Virus record (IMG/VR): IMGVR_UViG_3300050821_024078
Origin: an uncultured virus (IMG/VR IMGVR_UViG_3300050821_024078)
Lineage: Duplodnaviria > Heunggongvirae > Uroviricota > Caudoviricetes
Length of the DNA: 64,000 nucleotides
Direction: 5' to 3' (one strand)
Each line of letters starts with the position of its first letter. The first letter of the stretch is position 1. Positions 1-9,466 of the stretch are shown here, in pieces. The notes under the pieces are model-generated. The model worked only from the letters and a program-made list of their open reading frames with translations, searched no databases and was not told the origin of the DNA. Position numbers and translations under genes: made by a program.

Positions 1-1395
1 ACTTGTATAAGCCTTTTCGTCTATTTCAAATTTATTACCAAGCATGGCTGTAAGGCCACTAAATGCTGTATAAAGCTCTTTTAATTGCCCCGCACCTTTT
101 TGTGTACCTTGTGCTTCTAAATCTCTTCCGAGTTCATGTAGGTTCGTAGGAAGTTTGCTTAAAATACTTTTTATTATGTTGGATTTATCCATTTTAGGGA
201 TTTCAAGAATACCAGCATATATAATAGCAAAACCATCTTCTATTGTATAGAATATTGGATGAGGTGCTGTAGAATATTCTTCATAATTAAGAACAAATTC
301 TGGAAAATTACTTATTTCAAATGTGTTTTCGTGACAGAGTACATTTCCAGATAAACCACTATCTATGATTTTTGTTAGATTATCCAAACTCTCTTTACTT
401 GCTTGAATATATTTTACACCACATTTAACACTACCATAACTTTCTCTATTTGGAAATAATGTTGTCTTTAATTGTTTAAGTGTATATTTAGTACTAAATG
501 CTCCGGTACGGATATTTGTTTTAGCAGGCCAGCTCACCACAATACTTTTTACCATATGAAATAACCAAGGTAAAAAGAAAGCCATAGTAATAAGTCCTAA
601 TACACAACTAATAGCTATTGCATGATATTTATCAACCTCTTCTGAACGATATTCTTTTTGTTTCATTAATTTAGCTATTTCATCTTTTCTAATAGCATCA
701 GTTAATATTTTTTCAGAATTATAAGATGTTGTTTTATTCATTGTATCACGGTAATACGCTATTTTATTGTCTATTAAGCCACCAATTGAACAATTACATG
801 TATCTTCAGAATCCTTTACATACTCTTTAACACCAACGGAATTTAAAGTTGCTATATTTTGATTTGAACTAATGATAGAACTTATAGCCCAAATACTCAA
901 AACCCCGAAAACAAATGTGAACATTAAGTTTACAACAAAATTATCATGAAGTTCGAAATTTCTAAATCTTTTGAAGAAAGGTGTAGGATTTTTTTCACGA
1001 TCAATTACCTGAAAAGCTTTATCACAAGCTACTATACCTTCTTTGGTATGATTTACAAAGCTATACCACATTACATGCTTTTTGAAATCGTATAATGTGT
1101 TTTGTAAAACAACCAATTGAGGTTTTACATTTGTTTTTCTGTAAAAACTATTGTATACTCTTTCTCTGTTTTTTTCAACTACTGTTTTAACCTTTTCTTT
1201 CTCTGTTTCAGCCCACTTATCTTGAGCATCTAAAGCTTCATTTGTTTCTTTTTCGAAACCTTTAGATTCAGAACGTATTCTTTTTTTGTTTTTCTCAACT
1301 TTCTCATTAATATAGGCTAATTGAGCATCTTGGTTCTTTTGTTCGAAACTATTTAGAATTTCGTGAAAGTTATCTGATAATAATTTATTTTCCAT
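1..1395 (-). CDS. Hypothetical membrane protein, partial (runs off window start)
   Basis: Hand translation from ATG at 1395 (MENKLLSDNFHEILNSFEQ...) is open to position 1. It has a coiled-coil-like N-terminus and two hydrophobic segments (FVVNLMFTFVFGVLSIWAISSII; AIAISCVLGLITMAFFLPWLF). A TATTTTTG element lies upstream. Confidence 0.75.
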   Translation of the reverse strand, partial: MENKLLSDNFHEILNSFEQKNQDAQLAYINEKVEKNKKRIRSESKGFEKETNEALDAQDKWAETEKEKVKTVVEKNRERVYNSFYRKTNVKPQLVVLQNTLYDFKKHVMWYSFVNHTKEGIVACDKAFQVIDREKNPTPFFKRFRNFELHDNFVVNLMFTFVFGVLSIWAISSIISSNQNIATLNSVGVKEYVKDSEDTCNCSIGGLIDNKIAYYRDTMNKTTSYNSEKILTDAIRKDEIAKLMKQKEYRSEEVDKYHAIAISCVLGLITMAFFLPWLFHMVKSIVVSWPAKTNIRTGAFSTKYTLKQLKTTLFPNRESYGSVKCGVKYIQASKESLDNLTKIIDSGLSGNVLCHENTFEISNFPEFVLNYEEYSTAPHPIFYTIEDGFAIIYAGILEIPKMDKSNIIKSILSKLPTNLHELGRDLEAQGTQKGAGQLKELYTAFSGLTAMLGNKFEIDEKAYTS

Positions 1396-1513
1396 TATTT
1401 ACTTTATAAAGCTTTTCGACTTAATTATATGCAAAAATAGTAAAAATTTTTAGACAATGAATAGTTTATCCAAAAATATTTTTTAATTTTGTTAAAACTA
1501 ATAAAATATTTAG

Positions 1514-2176
1514 ATGAGTGAATTGAAACTGGCTGTTGATGCTGTTGTTTTCGGCTATAATGATGCTGGCTTACATGTTTTACTTATAAAAAGGGGTATT
1601 GAACCATTTAAAGATATTTGGGCTATTCCTGGAGGATTCGCTCAGGTTGATGAGACACTTGAAGAGACCGTAAAAAGAGAACTTAATGAGGAAGCTGGTA
1701 TAACAAATGTTTTTCTGGAACAATTATACACATTTTCGGATATTAGCCGGGATCCCAGAGGTAGAGTTATCTCAGCTGCTTATTACTGTTTAGTATCACC
1801 AAAAGAGCACAGGATTAAAGCTTCAACTGATGCTAAAGATGTGGCCTGGTTTCCTATTAAAGAGTTACCAGAACTTGCTTTTGATCATAAAGATATCATT
1901 AAAGTCGCTTTTGAAAGACTAAAAGGTAAAATAAAATATCAACCGGTTGGATTTGAATTAATGCCTAATAAGTTTACTATAAAAGAGCTGAGGTTGTTAT
2001 ATGAAACTATCTGGGAGAGACCTTTGGAAAGAAGTAATTTCCAAAAAAGAATAAAAACTCTTGATTTGGTAAAAGAAGTGGCGAGTGGTGATCATAAAAA
2101 TTCAACGAAGATTTTCTCTTTTAATAAAAAAGTATACAAAAAATTTAATAAGGATGGTTTCTATTTCGAGATTTAA
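1514..2176 (+). CDS. nrtR: NrtR-family Nudix-related transcriptional regulator (Nudix + C-terminal winged helix)
   Basis: LAVDAVVFGY...VLLIKR...WAIPGGF; intact Nudix box GFAQVDETLEETVKRELNEEAG; RDPRGRVIS; LAFDH; C-terminal FTIKELRLLYE...RSNFQKRI wHTH; adjacent to NAD salvage genes. Confidence 0.92.
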   Translation: MSELKLAVDAVVFGYNDAGLHVLLIKRGIEPFKDIWAIPGGFAQVDETLEETVKRELNEEAGITNVFLEQLYTFSDISRDPRGRVISAAYYCLVSPKEHRIKASTDAKDVAWFPIKELPELAFDHKDIIKVAFERLKGKIKYQPVGFELMPNKFTIKELRLLYETIWERPLERSNFQKRIKTLDLVKEVASGDHKNSTKIFSFNKKVYKKFNKDGFYFEI

Positions 2177-2204
2177 TTGTATTTATTAAAGAATTTAATA
2201 AAAA

Positions 2205-2269
2205 GTGTGAAAATTGGACACACGAAACAATTATTTTCAATATATAAAGTGTGTATAAAAGTTACACAC
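2205..2269 (+). promoter_or_regulatory. Two palindromic candidate NrtR operators (GTGT-N9-ACAC) flanking an ATATATA promoter-like motif
   Basis: GTGTGaaaattggaCACAC (2205-2223) and GTGTGTAtaaaagtTACACAC (2249-2269), with ATATATA at 2240-2246, directly upstream of nadM. Confidence 0.7.
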
Positions 2270-2290
2270 ATAAATTAAAAAAAACATAAT

Positions 2291-3223
2291 ATGCAAGAAA
2301 AATTATCAACAGACTTTTTAAATACAGGTGTGGTTGTGGCGAGATTTCAAGTGCCAGAATTACATCAAGGTCATCATGATCTCATTAGGAAAGTAAAACA
2401 GTATCATAAGAAAGTAATTATATTCCTTGGTGTAACCTCCACGCTTGATACAGATAACCCTTTGGATTATCCAACGAGAGAAAGAATGGTAAAGAAACAC
2501 TATCCTGATATTACTGTTGCCCCAATATCAAACTCTGAATATGATGATGTATGGGCTGAAACTCTTGATAATAAAATCAGGGAGATTGAACCAAGAAATA
2601 AAATTCTTCTATATGGAAGTCGTGATAGTTTTATTAAGTATTACAAACCTTATGGTAAATTTGAATGTATTGACTTCTTACCAGATGTAGATATGTCAGG
2701 TACTGAAATGCGTGCTGAAGTATGTAATGAAGTCAGAGATACCGAAGACTTTCGTCGAGGTCTGATTTATGAAAAACATAACAGCTGGCCTAAAGTATTT
2801 CCAACTGTTGATATTATAATCACAAGAAATAATAAAGGTCCTGAAATTCTTCTTGGTCAGAAACATAAAGAAATGAAATCTGGTAAATGGCGTATTCCAG
2901 GAGGTTTTATTGAGAAGAGACATAGTGGTGGTTTGAATGCTGCTGTAGCTGAGACTAAAGAAGAAACAGACCTGACTATATTACCTGAGAATCTAACATT
3001 CATTACACAGATGAATATTGATGATTGGCGTATTCGCAAATCGAAAGATGTTATAATGACTACTTTATTTCATACTCATATATCAGACATTGATACTAGC
3101 AATTTAGCTAAAGCTGGTGATGATCTTGGTGCTGTAAAATGGTTTAAACTATCCGAAGCTCTTGAAATAATTCATCCTATACACAAACCTTTATTAGAGG
3201 CATACTTACAAAAAATAATTTAA
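2291..3223 (+). CDS. nadM: Bifunctional NMN adenylyltransferase / Nudix (ADP-ribose pyrophosphatase-like) hydrolase
   Basis: ARFQVPELHQGH (HxGH nucleotidyltransferase motif), NPLDY, SGTEMR; C-terminal PTVDIII...WRIPGGF...ETKEETDL...AGDDL Nudix domain. Confidence 0.92.
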   Translation: MQEKLSTDFLNTGVVVARFQVPELHQGHHDLIRKVKQYHKKVIIFLGVTSTLDTDNPLDYPTRERMVKKHYPDITVAPISNSEYDDVWAETLDNKIREIEPRNKILLYGSRDSFIKYYKPYGKFECIDFLPDVDMSGTEMRAEVCNEVRDTEDFRRGLIYEKHNSWPKVFPTVDIIITRNNKGPEILLGQKHKEMKSGKWRIPGGFIEKRHSGGLNAAVAETKEETDLTILPENLTFITQMNIDDWRIRKSKDVIMTTLFHTHISDIDTSNLAKAGDDLGAVKWFKLSEALEIIHPIHKPLLEAYLQKII

Positions 3224-3227
3224 AAAT

Positions 3228-4619
3228 ATGGAAAATCTATTATTACTAACAGACTCTTACAAAGCGACACATGCTAAAGCATATGTTAAAGGTATACAGA
3301 ACATATACTCTTATATGGAATCAAGAGGTGGAAAATATGAAAAAATTATCTTCTTTGGATTACAGTATTACTTAAAGAAATATCTAACTGGTATCCAGGT
3401 TACCAAAGAAAAAATTGATGAGGCTGAAGCTTTCTGGGCTGAACATTTCGGTAGAACTGATTGTTTTAATAGAGAAGGCTGGGAACATATATTGAATGTT
3501 CATGGTGGTAAATTACCACTAAAGATTAAAGCTGTTACTGAGGGTAGTATTATTCCAATCAGCAATGTTTTGATGACTATTGAAAATACTGATCCTAATT
3601 GTTATTGGTTAACCAACTACGTCGAAAGTTTGCTCATGAAACTATGGTATCCAATTACGCAAACCAGTAGATCATATTATATTCGTAAAGATATTGAAGA
3701 AATACTTGAGAAATCTGGAACACCTGAATCTATTGCCTTCCGCTGTCATGATTTTTCCTATAGAGGCGTAACAAGTGAGGAACACGCTGCAATTGGTTGT
3801 GCGTCACATCTACTATCTTTTATGGGCACTGATACTGTTGCTGGTATAAGAATGTTACAAAAATATTATAGTGCTGGAATGTGTGGATTTTCTATTCCTG
3901 CAACAGAGCATTCTATTATGTGTTCTTTTGGTAGAGAACATGAGTTAGAAGCTTGTGAAAATTTCCTTGATACTTATCCAACAGGACTCATTGCATGTGT
4001 GAGTGACACATATAATATTTATGAATGTTGCTCTGATATATGGGGAGGTAAATTAAAAGATAAAGTTATCAACAGAGATGGAACGCTGGTGGTCAGGCCT
4101 GATTCGGGATCGTTTATGGAGATTGTTCCAGAAATATTAGAAATACTTGGAGATAAGTTTGGTTTTACTGTTAATGATAAAGGTTACAAAGTACTTGATC
4201 CACATGTAAGAGTAATACAAGGTGATGGTATGAATCCTGTTACAATAAAACAACTGTATGATCATATTATGAAACTTGGGTGGTCCGCAGACAATTTAAC
4301 CGTAGGTTCCGGTGGTGGTCTTATGATGAAAGATATTGATCGTGATACTTGTAAATTCGCTATAAAAGCTTCAGCAGCTAACATTAATGGTGAATGGATA
4401 GGTATACAAAAAGATCCTATCACAGATAAAGGTAAAAAGTCCAAAAAAGGAAGATTGAAATTGATTGAAGTAGTTGAAGAACCTTATTTTGAAACTATCG
4501 AAGAGAGTGATCCATACTATGACCAGGCTGTGGATATTTTACAAACTGTTTTTGAAAACGGTGAATTATTGATTGAATACAGTTTAGATGAAATAAAAGA
4601 AAAATTGAACAAGGCTTAA
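3228..4619 (+). CDS. nadV: Nicotinamide phosphoribosyltransferase (NAMPT)
   Basis: LLTDSYKATH, HDFSYRG, SIPATEHS, VSDTYN, VVRPDSG, IQGDG, GSGGGL, KDPITDKGKKSKKGRL. Confidence 0.96.
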   Translation: MENLLLLTDSYKATHAKAYVKGIQNIYSYMESRGGKYEKIIFFGLQYYLKKYLTGIQVTKEKIDEAEAFWAEHFGRTDCFNREGWEHILNVHGGKLPLKIKAVTEGSIIPISNVLMTIENTDPNCYWLTNYVESLLMKLWYPITQTSRSYYIRKDIEEILEKSGTPESIAFRCHDFSYRGVTSEEHAAIGCASHLLSFMGTDTVAGIRMLQKYYSAGMCGFSIPATEHSIMCSFGREHELEACENFLDTYPTGLIACVSDTYNIYECCSDIWGGKLKDKVINRDGTLVVRPDSGSFMEIVPEILEILGDKFGFTVNDKGYKVLDPHVRVIQGDGMNPVTIKQLYDHIMKLGWSADNLTVGSGGGLMMKDIDRDTCKFAIKASAANINGEWIGIQKDPITDKGKKSKKGRLKLIEVVEEPYFETIEESDPYYDQAVDILQTVFENGELLIEYSLDEIKEKLNKA

Positions 4620-4636
4620 CAACCTTGTTGTTTTTT
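4608..4636 (+). terminator. Rho-independent terminator after nadV
   Basis: AACAAGG-N8-CCTTGTT followed by a T-run. Confidence 0.6.
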
Positions 4637-4671
4637 ATTCTAAAAATTTCTAATAAATTATCATATAAAGA

Positions 4672-4703
4672 CTTGTTATAGTATTATAACTTTAGTATTT
4701 TTG
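4672..4703 (+). promoter_or_regulatory. Bacteroidota-type primary-sigma promoter
   Basis: CTTG-N20-TATTTTTG, matching TTTG...TAnnTTTG, upstream of the 4726-9466 gene run. Confidence 0.65.
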
Positions 4704-4725
4704 TATATCTTAAAATAACATATAA

Positions 4726-4941
4726 ATGTCGAAGAAATACATCATTCAAATATTACTTTTATTACTGGGAGGTATTCCTGGATTTATTCTTATAATTTGT
4801 GAATTCATATACTGGTTTAAAAATCCTAATTTTACACAAATGGAGATTTTCCAAAAATTCTTTGGTTGGACTATTGGTGTAGTTTTAGTCTCCATTACTT
4901 GTTATTTTCTGTCTGTTCATATTAATAAAACATCCAAATAA
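4726..4941 (+). CDS. Small two-TM membrane protein
   Basis: Two hydrophobic helices; first gene after a promoter. Confidence 0.7.
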   Translation: MSKKYIIQILLLLLGGIPGFILIICEFIYWFKNPNFTQMEIFQKFFGWTIGVVLVSITCYFLSVHINKTSK

Positions 4942-4944
4942 ATT

Positions 4945-5775
4945 ATGTGTATTACAACAGCCCCAGCCCGTCTTTCTAAAACAAAGATACTTGCTTCAAA
5001 AATGGATAATGGTAACCATTTATTATCATACAGCAATACTGCTAAAAATATATCAGGAAGACCAAATGCTATGATCCTTCCTGTTCCTGGTAAATTAAAT
5101 AAGGAATTGTTTTTCGATACAACATTATATAACAATTTTCTTAAAGATATAGAATATCAGATTAAACCTAAATCAAGAGGGGCATCATTAAAATCTTTTA
5201 AAAGTGTTCTTAGTGATGATGTAGAAGATTTTCAAGTTGGTATGTATAGAATTCTTCTTTCCGAGAATTTACCAGCTATACAGAAAGTGTTGAATGAATT
5301 ACCAGAAGCACAAAGACCACAAATATCTCAGGAACTTTATGATTTTTTTGCTTCACATTATGCTGGCTGGAGTTTTGTTGTGTGTTGTTTTGATAGTAGT
5401 AAAGAAACAGATTCACAACCAATAATGTTTGAATATAAACCAATGTATCCGGATTATTTGTATTATCCTGGTATGGATTCACATAATGGTCTTGCTCCAG
5501 AACCTGGAAGTGCTGTTAGAGTTGATCACTGTCTTATGGTACAAGAACTTGGTGAAGATATCAATGGTCGAAAAGCAAATAACTTCTTCAAACAAAAAGA
5601 ATATGTGCCAGAGTTTTTAGTTAAACATTATAATGGTAAAATAGTAGATGGTATAAATTCAAATGGTGACTGGTATGTTAGTATTGATGATCTAAAGGGA
5701 AGAGTTGATAATAAAGATACTTGGTATAAACCTATTAATTTTATTAGAACCACTAAACATCCATCATTAGTATAA
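4945..5775 (+). CDS. Conserved-looking hypothetical protein
   Basis: 276-aa ORF in operon; MCI...YSNTA..NAMILPVP and DSHNG motifs; function unknown. Confidence 0.75.
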   Translation: MCITTAPARLSKTKILASKMDNGNHLLSYSNTAKNISGRPNAMILPVPGKLNKELFFDTTLYNNFLKDIEYQIKPKSRGASLKSFKSVLSDDVEDFQVGMYRILLSENLPAIQKVLNELPEAQRPQISQELYDFFASHYAGWSFVVCCFDSSKETDSQPIMFEYKPMYPDYLYYPGMDSHNGLAPEPGSAVRVDHCLMVQELGEDINGRKANNFFKQKEYVPEFLVKHYNGKIVDGINSNGDWYVSIDDLKGRVDNKDTWYKPINFIRTTKHPSLV

Positions 5776-5777
5776 GC

Positions 5778-6020
5778 ATGAGAAAAAAAGAGATAGCAAT
5801 AGTCGCTGTAGTTTCATATAATTTCAAAACAAAAGAGACAATAACTAAAGAGTTTGTTGAATCTGGTAAGGATAGTAATCCAATAAATGAAGCCGAAGAA
5901 TATCAATATCAGAAATTAAATTTACAATATGCTGAAGAAGACGGTTGGCAACATAAAGTTTTCGCAAATAAAAAAGCTGAACAACTAAGAAGAAAAGTTT
6001 GGAGTAATTTAGACCGATAA
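5778..6020 (+). CDS. Hypothetical protein
   Basis: Operon-packed ORF; stop overlaps the next start. Confidence 0.65.
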   Translation: MRKKEIAIVAVVSYNFKTKETITKEFVESGKDSNPINEAEEYQYQKLNLQYAEEDGWQHKVFANKKAEQLRRKVWSNLDR

Positions 6021-6757
6021 TGGGAAAAAGATTTATAATATCTGATATTCATGGTTCGTTTCTTGCATTTAAACAATGTCTTGAAAGATGTTCATTTAAC
6101 TATGAAGAAGATGAGTTGATCGTTAACGGGGATGTTGTTGATTCTTTTCCTGAAAGCAAAGAATGTGTAGATTTAATTCTGTCATTAAAGAATTATGTGT
6201 ATATAATTGGAAACCATTGTATATGGGCAAGGGATTATTTCAACTCTGATTGTAATATGGCTGTAGCTTCTGGAACCTGGCTTGAACATGGTGGTTTAGC
6301 AACAATAGCTTCATATAAGGATGGTGTTCCGGAATCACATAAACAATTCTTTAATGATGCAAAACCATATTATGTAACAAAGGATAATAAGTTGATTATT
6401 CATGCTGGATATAAACCTGGAGTACCATTATCATCAGAACATTTAGCTTATTATGTTTTCAATCGTGATTTAGTTGAAGCTGCTATTAAAGCTTTGAGAA
6501 ACGATCAAGCATTTAATTTACCTGATTTTGATGAAGTTTTTGTTGGTCATACACCTACTATAAGATATTTTCCTGAGCCAAGACCTGTAAGAGTAGGGAA
6601 TCTTTATATGATTGATACTGGTGCCGGATTCGATGGTGTTCTTACTATTATGGATATTGACAGCAAAAAATACTGGCAGTCAGATCAAGTGATGCGATTA
6701 TATCCTGATCATAAAGGAAGAAACAAACATTCATATAATGAATTGAATAAATTATGA
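6020..6757 (+). CDS. Calcineurin-like metallophosphoesterase (PphA/lambda phosphatase-like)
   Basis: SDIHG, GDVVD, GNH, HAG, GHTP, IDTG motifs. Confidence 0.9.
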   Translation: MGKRFIISDIHGSFLAFKQCLERCSFNYEEDELIVNGDVVDSFPESKECVDLILSLKNYVYIIGNHCIWARDYFNSDCNMAVASGTWLEHGGLATIASYKDGVPESHKQFFNDAKPYYVTKDNKLIIHAGYKPGVPLSSEHLAYYVFNRDLVEAAIKALRNDQAFNLPDFDEVFVGHTPTIRYFPEPRPVRVGNLYMIDTGAGFDGVLTIMDIDSKKYWQSDQVMRLYPDHKGRNKHSYNELNKL

Positions 6758-6951
6758 AACAAATAACAATTGAAATACCCAAAGGTTTTATGAATACTGG
6801 TGTTACAATAAATAATAATTTTATTGCTGATACAAATGATAGTTCTAATTGGGATACATTAAAATTTCCTTTACCTAAACCTGATGGTAAATGGGTGATT
6901 TTTAATATAAAAGAAAAGGTTGTTACACTTGTTGATGTTAGTAAAATATAA
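6754..6951 (+). CDS. Hypothetical protein
   Basis: Operon-packed short ORF. Confidence 0.6.
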   Translation: MKQITIEIPKGFMNTGVTINNNFIADTNDSSNWDTLKFPLPKPDGKWVIFNIKEKVVTLVDVSKI

Positions 6952-7734
6952 ATGGATTTAAACATCATAAATAACGCAAATTTTTTCTATCAACTGAAAG
7001 GGTTCAAATATATTGATTCACCATGGCTTGTTTGTGGGTCTGCTATAGATACTACTACGCCGTCTAAATCAGAAAGATTTACTATAAAAAACAAATTTCT
7101 TGTTGGTTCAGGTGAACAATCATTTATTGATATGATTATCAATGGTAAATTAGAACCTGGTCGATATTGCACTACAACACCATGTTTTCGTGATGAAATA
7201 GAGGATGAATTACATCAGATATATTTTATGAAAACAGAATTGATTGACACATTTGATGTGAGTCAAAATTCTCTTCAAAGAATAATTTCTATATGTAAAG
7301 AATTCTTTGAAACATATACAACAGTAGATATCATAAAAACTGATAGAGATCAATTTGATATCATTGATAAAAAAACCGAAATTGAATTAGGATCTTATGG
7401 AATTAGAAATACAAGAGAATTCTCTTGGATATATGCAACAGGTGTGGCTGAACCAAGACTTTCAAAAGTATTATCAAAAAATAATAAACCTGGTTACCAT
7501 AATAGTTTTATACCAAAAGGCCAGCTTGGTGAATTCAGTAAAATACAAGAAGAGTTTGAGGAATTTAAAGAGACAGTGCTAAATGATAACAAAGTAACCT
7601 CTTTATGTGAACTCTCAGATATGATAGGGGCTATAGAATTATATCTGAATAATAAATTCCCTGGAGTTAAAATAGATGATCTTATTAAAATGAAAGATTT
7701 AAATCGTAGAGCTTTTGAAAATGGAAAAAGATAA
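6952..7734 (+). CDS. Class II aminoacyl-tRNA-synthetase-like catalytic core fused to a MazG/HisE-like all-alpha NTP pyrophosphatase domain
   Basis: LVGSGEQ, TPCFRDE (motif 2-like), FMKTEL, IELGSYG, ATGVAEPR (motif 3-like); C-terminal SKIQEEFEE...ELSDMIGA acidic motif. Confidence 0.7.
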   Translation: MDLNIINNANFFYQLKGFKYIDSPWLVCGSAIDTTTPSKSERFTIKNKFLVGSGEQSFIDMIINGKLEPGRYCTTTPCFRDEIEDELHQIYFMKTELIDTFDVSQNSLQRIISICKEFFETYTTVDIIKTDRDQFDIIDKKTEIELGSYGIRNTREFSWIYATGVAEPRLSKVLSKNNKPGYHNSFIPKGQLGEFSKIQEEFEEFKETVLNDNKVTSLCELSDMIGAIELYLNNKFPGVKIDDLIKMKDLNRRAFENGKR

Positions 7735-7979
7735 TGGAAAATAAAATACAAGTAAGTTTCGAGTGTAACATATCTGGTATCAATAGAAGAGTTGATTTGC
7801 TAATTGATAATCCAGATGGTAAAGATTTAATGGTTTCCGAGATTCAAGATGTTATAAAGCAAATTAAACAATCTATGAAATTGACACTTCCTGATATTGA
7901 GTCTGTGAAAGTTCGTTATAACGAAGATCCGGATGATTATGATAAAGATTATATTAGTCTGATAGGAAAATGGAACTAG
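7734..7979 (+). CDS. Hypothetical protein
   Basis: Operon-packed ORF. Confidence 0.6.
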   Translation: MENKIQVSFECNISGINRRVDLLIDNPDGKDLMVSEIQDVIKQIKQSMKLTLPDIESVKVRYNEDPDDYDKDYISLIGKWN

Positions 7980-8377
7980 TAAAAATAACTCATCGAGATT
8001 CATGCAAGACTTATGCTTTGAAACGAGTAGGATTATCACATATTATTGATATGAATAATGATACGCCAACATTAAAGGATGTATGGGAGTCTGCACTGTT
8101 TGAAGAAATAAGAACACCAGAAGTAGGTTGTTTATTAATTTGGAAATACTCTAAGGGAGATGATGGTTATTATTCACCACATGAAATAGATGAATCTGGA
8201 AGAATTATCTATGTAAAAAGATTCGATTACGGACATATTGGAGTATTTGAATCTGGTAATATGGTTTCTGATGTGAGCTGGGAAGAAGGCTGGGGAGCCA
8301 TGATTCGTTTAAGAAAATATACTGACTTAACAATGCCAAATATAATACTAAAACTAAAAACTACTAATGTATCATAA
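7970..8377 (+). CDS. Hypothetical protein, possible papain-like (NlpC/CHAP-like) Cys-His fold
   Basis: DSCKTYA...PEVGCLLIW...GHIGVF spacing. Confidence 0.45.
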   Translation: MELVKITHRDSCKTYALKRVGLSHIIDMNNDTPTLKDVWESALFEEIRTPEVGCLLIWKYSKGDDGYYSPHEIDESGRIIYVKRFDYGHIGVFESGNMVSDVSWEEGWGAMIRLRKYTDLTMPNIILKLKTTNVS

Positions 8378-9161
8378 ATTTACCTTTTTCTATCAGTCGT
8401 TTTCGCCTTTTTCTCAGTGGTATAAAAAGGATTTCAATATAAACAGCATTACTTTCAATTGCTGTGAACAATATATGATGTATTGTAAAGCAATGCTTTT
8501 TGATGATACCGAAACGGCTAAAGAAATTTTAGAAACGGAGGAACCAAGAGACCAAAAAGCTTTAGGTAGAAAAGTTAAAAACTTCGAACAGATTACTTGG
8601 GACCTATTCAAACAAGATATTGTTTACAAAGGTAACTATGCTAAGTTCGCACAAAATCCAGATATCAAGAAATATCTGTTCGCAACTTGTAATACAACAA
8701 TTGTAGAATCGTCGAAGTTCGATAAAATATGGGGAATTGGGATAGGTATAGATGATCCAGCGAGGTTTGATATAAGGAACTGGGATGGTGAAAATCTTCT
8801 TGGCTACGCTCTTACTTTAGTAAGAGAGGATATTCTTAAGGAAGAAAAGGCTGTTCAAGTTATAAATGATATGTGGAAAACCATTACTGGTGATGTTTAT
8901 CTAAAAGATTTTACTTGCGGTCTATCTGATACTAATACAGAAGTTTTAAATGAACTCAGCTTGCATTATCAACAAATAACAATAGAGAACAAAGATGAAA
9001 ATGATGAAGGAGTTTCAATACTTTCACTTATGTCAACCTGGACAGATCTATTAGTGAATAAAAGACTTGTTGCTCTTACTGACGGTGGTAAAAGTAGAAA
9101 GATTGTTGGTTGGAAGATTATGGAAGACTACTTCTCTTATCCGTTTATATTTAAAATATGA
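8367..9161 (+). CDS. NADAR (YbiA/RibX) family protein with C-terminal extension
   Basis: SPFSQWY, CEQYMMYCKA.LFDD, QKALGRKV, AKFAQN, DKIWGIG, GENLLGYAL. Confidence 0.92.
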   Translation: MYHKFTFFYQSFSPFSQWYKKDFNINSITFNCCEQYMMYCKAMLFDDTETAKEILETEEPRDQKALGRKVKNFEQITWDLFKQDIVYKGNYAKFAQNPDIKKYLFATCNTTIVESSKFDKIWGIGIGIDDPARFDIRNWDGENLLGYALTLVREDILKEEKAVQVINDMWKTITGDVYLKDFTCGLSDTNTEVLNELSLHYQQITIENKDENDEGVSILSLMSTWTDLLVNKRLVALTDGGKSRKIVGWKIMEDYFSYPFIFKI

Positions 9162-9466
9162 AAATTCTATTAACTATATTATCTGCTTGGTTATTTATTA
9201 AGATGTGTGAAACTTCTTTTAATGATATTGAACCTATTAATATGAACGGTTCTCCTGACTCAGGATTTCAAAAGCTTGGCGATATTTATACTTGTCCTAA
9301 TAGAGAAGGACATGAAAAGGTGATATTTGCACCAGTTGAGTTTTTAGATTCTAATAGTATTGTTGCAACAGGAAAAATTGTTGATATCGAAGGTGATGAT
9401 TACATAATAGAATATGAAAGTGGTGAAATGGTGTTTAAACAGTTGAATAGAAATCATATCAAATGA
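9158..9466 (+). pseudogene. 5' part of a secreted/membrane-anchored protein, probably truncated by the TnpB element
   Basis: Signal-like N-terminus; frame can be joined at a GTT microhomology (9442-9444 / 10819-10821) to an open fragment at 10822-10924. Confidence 0.55.
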
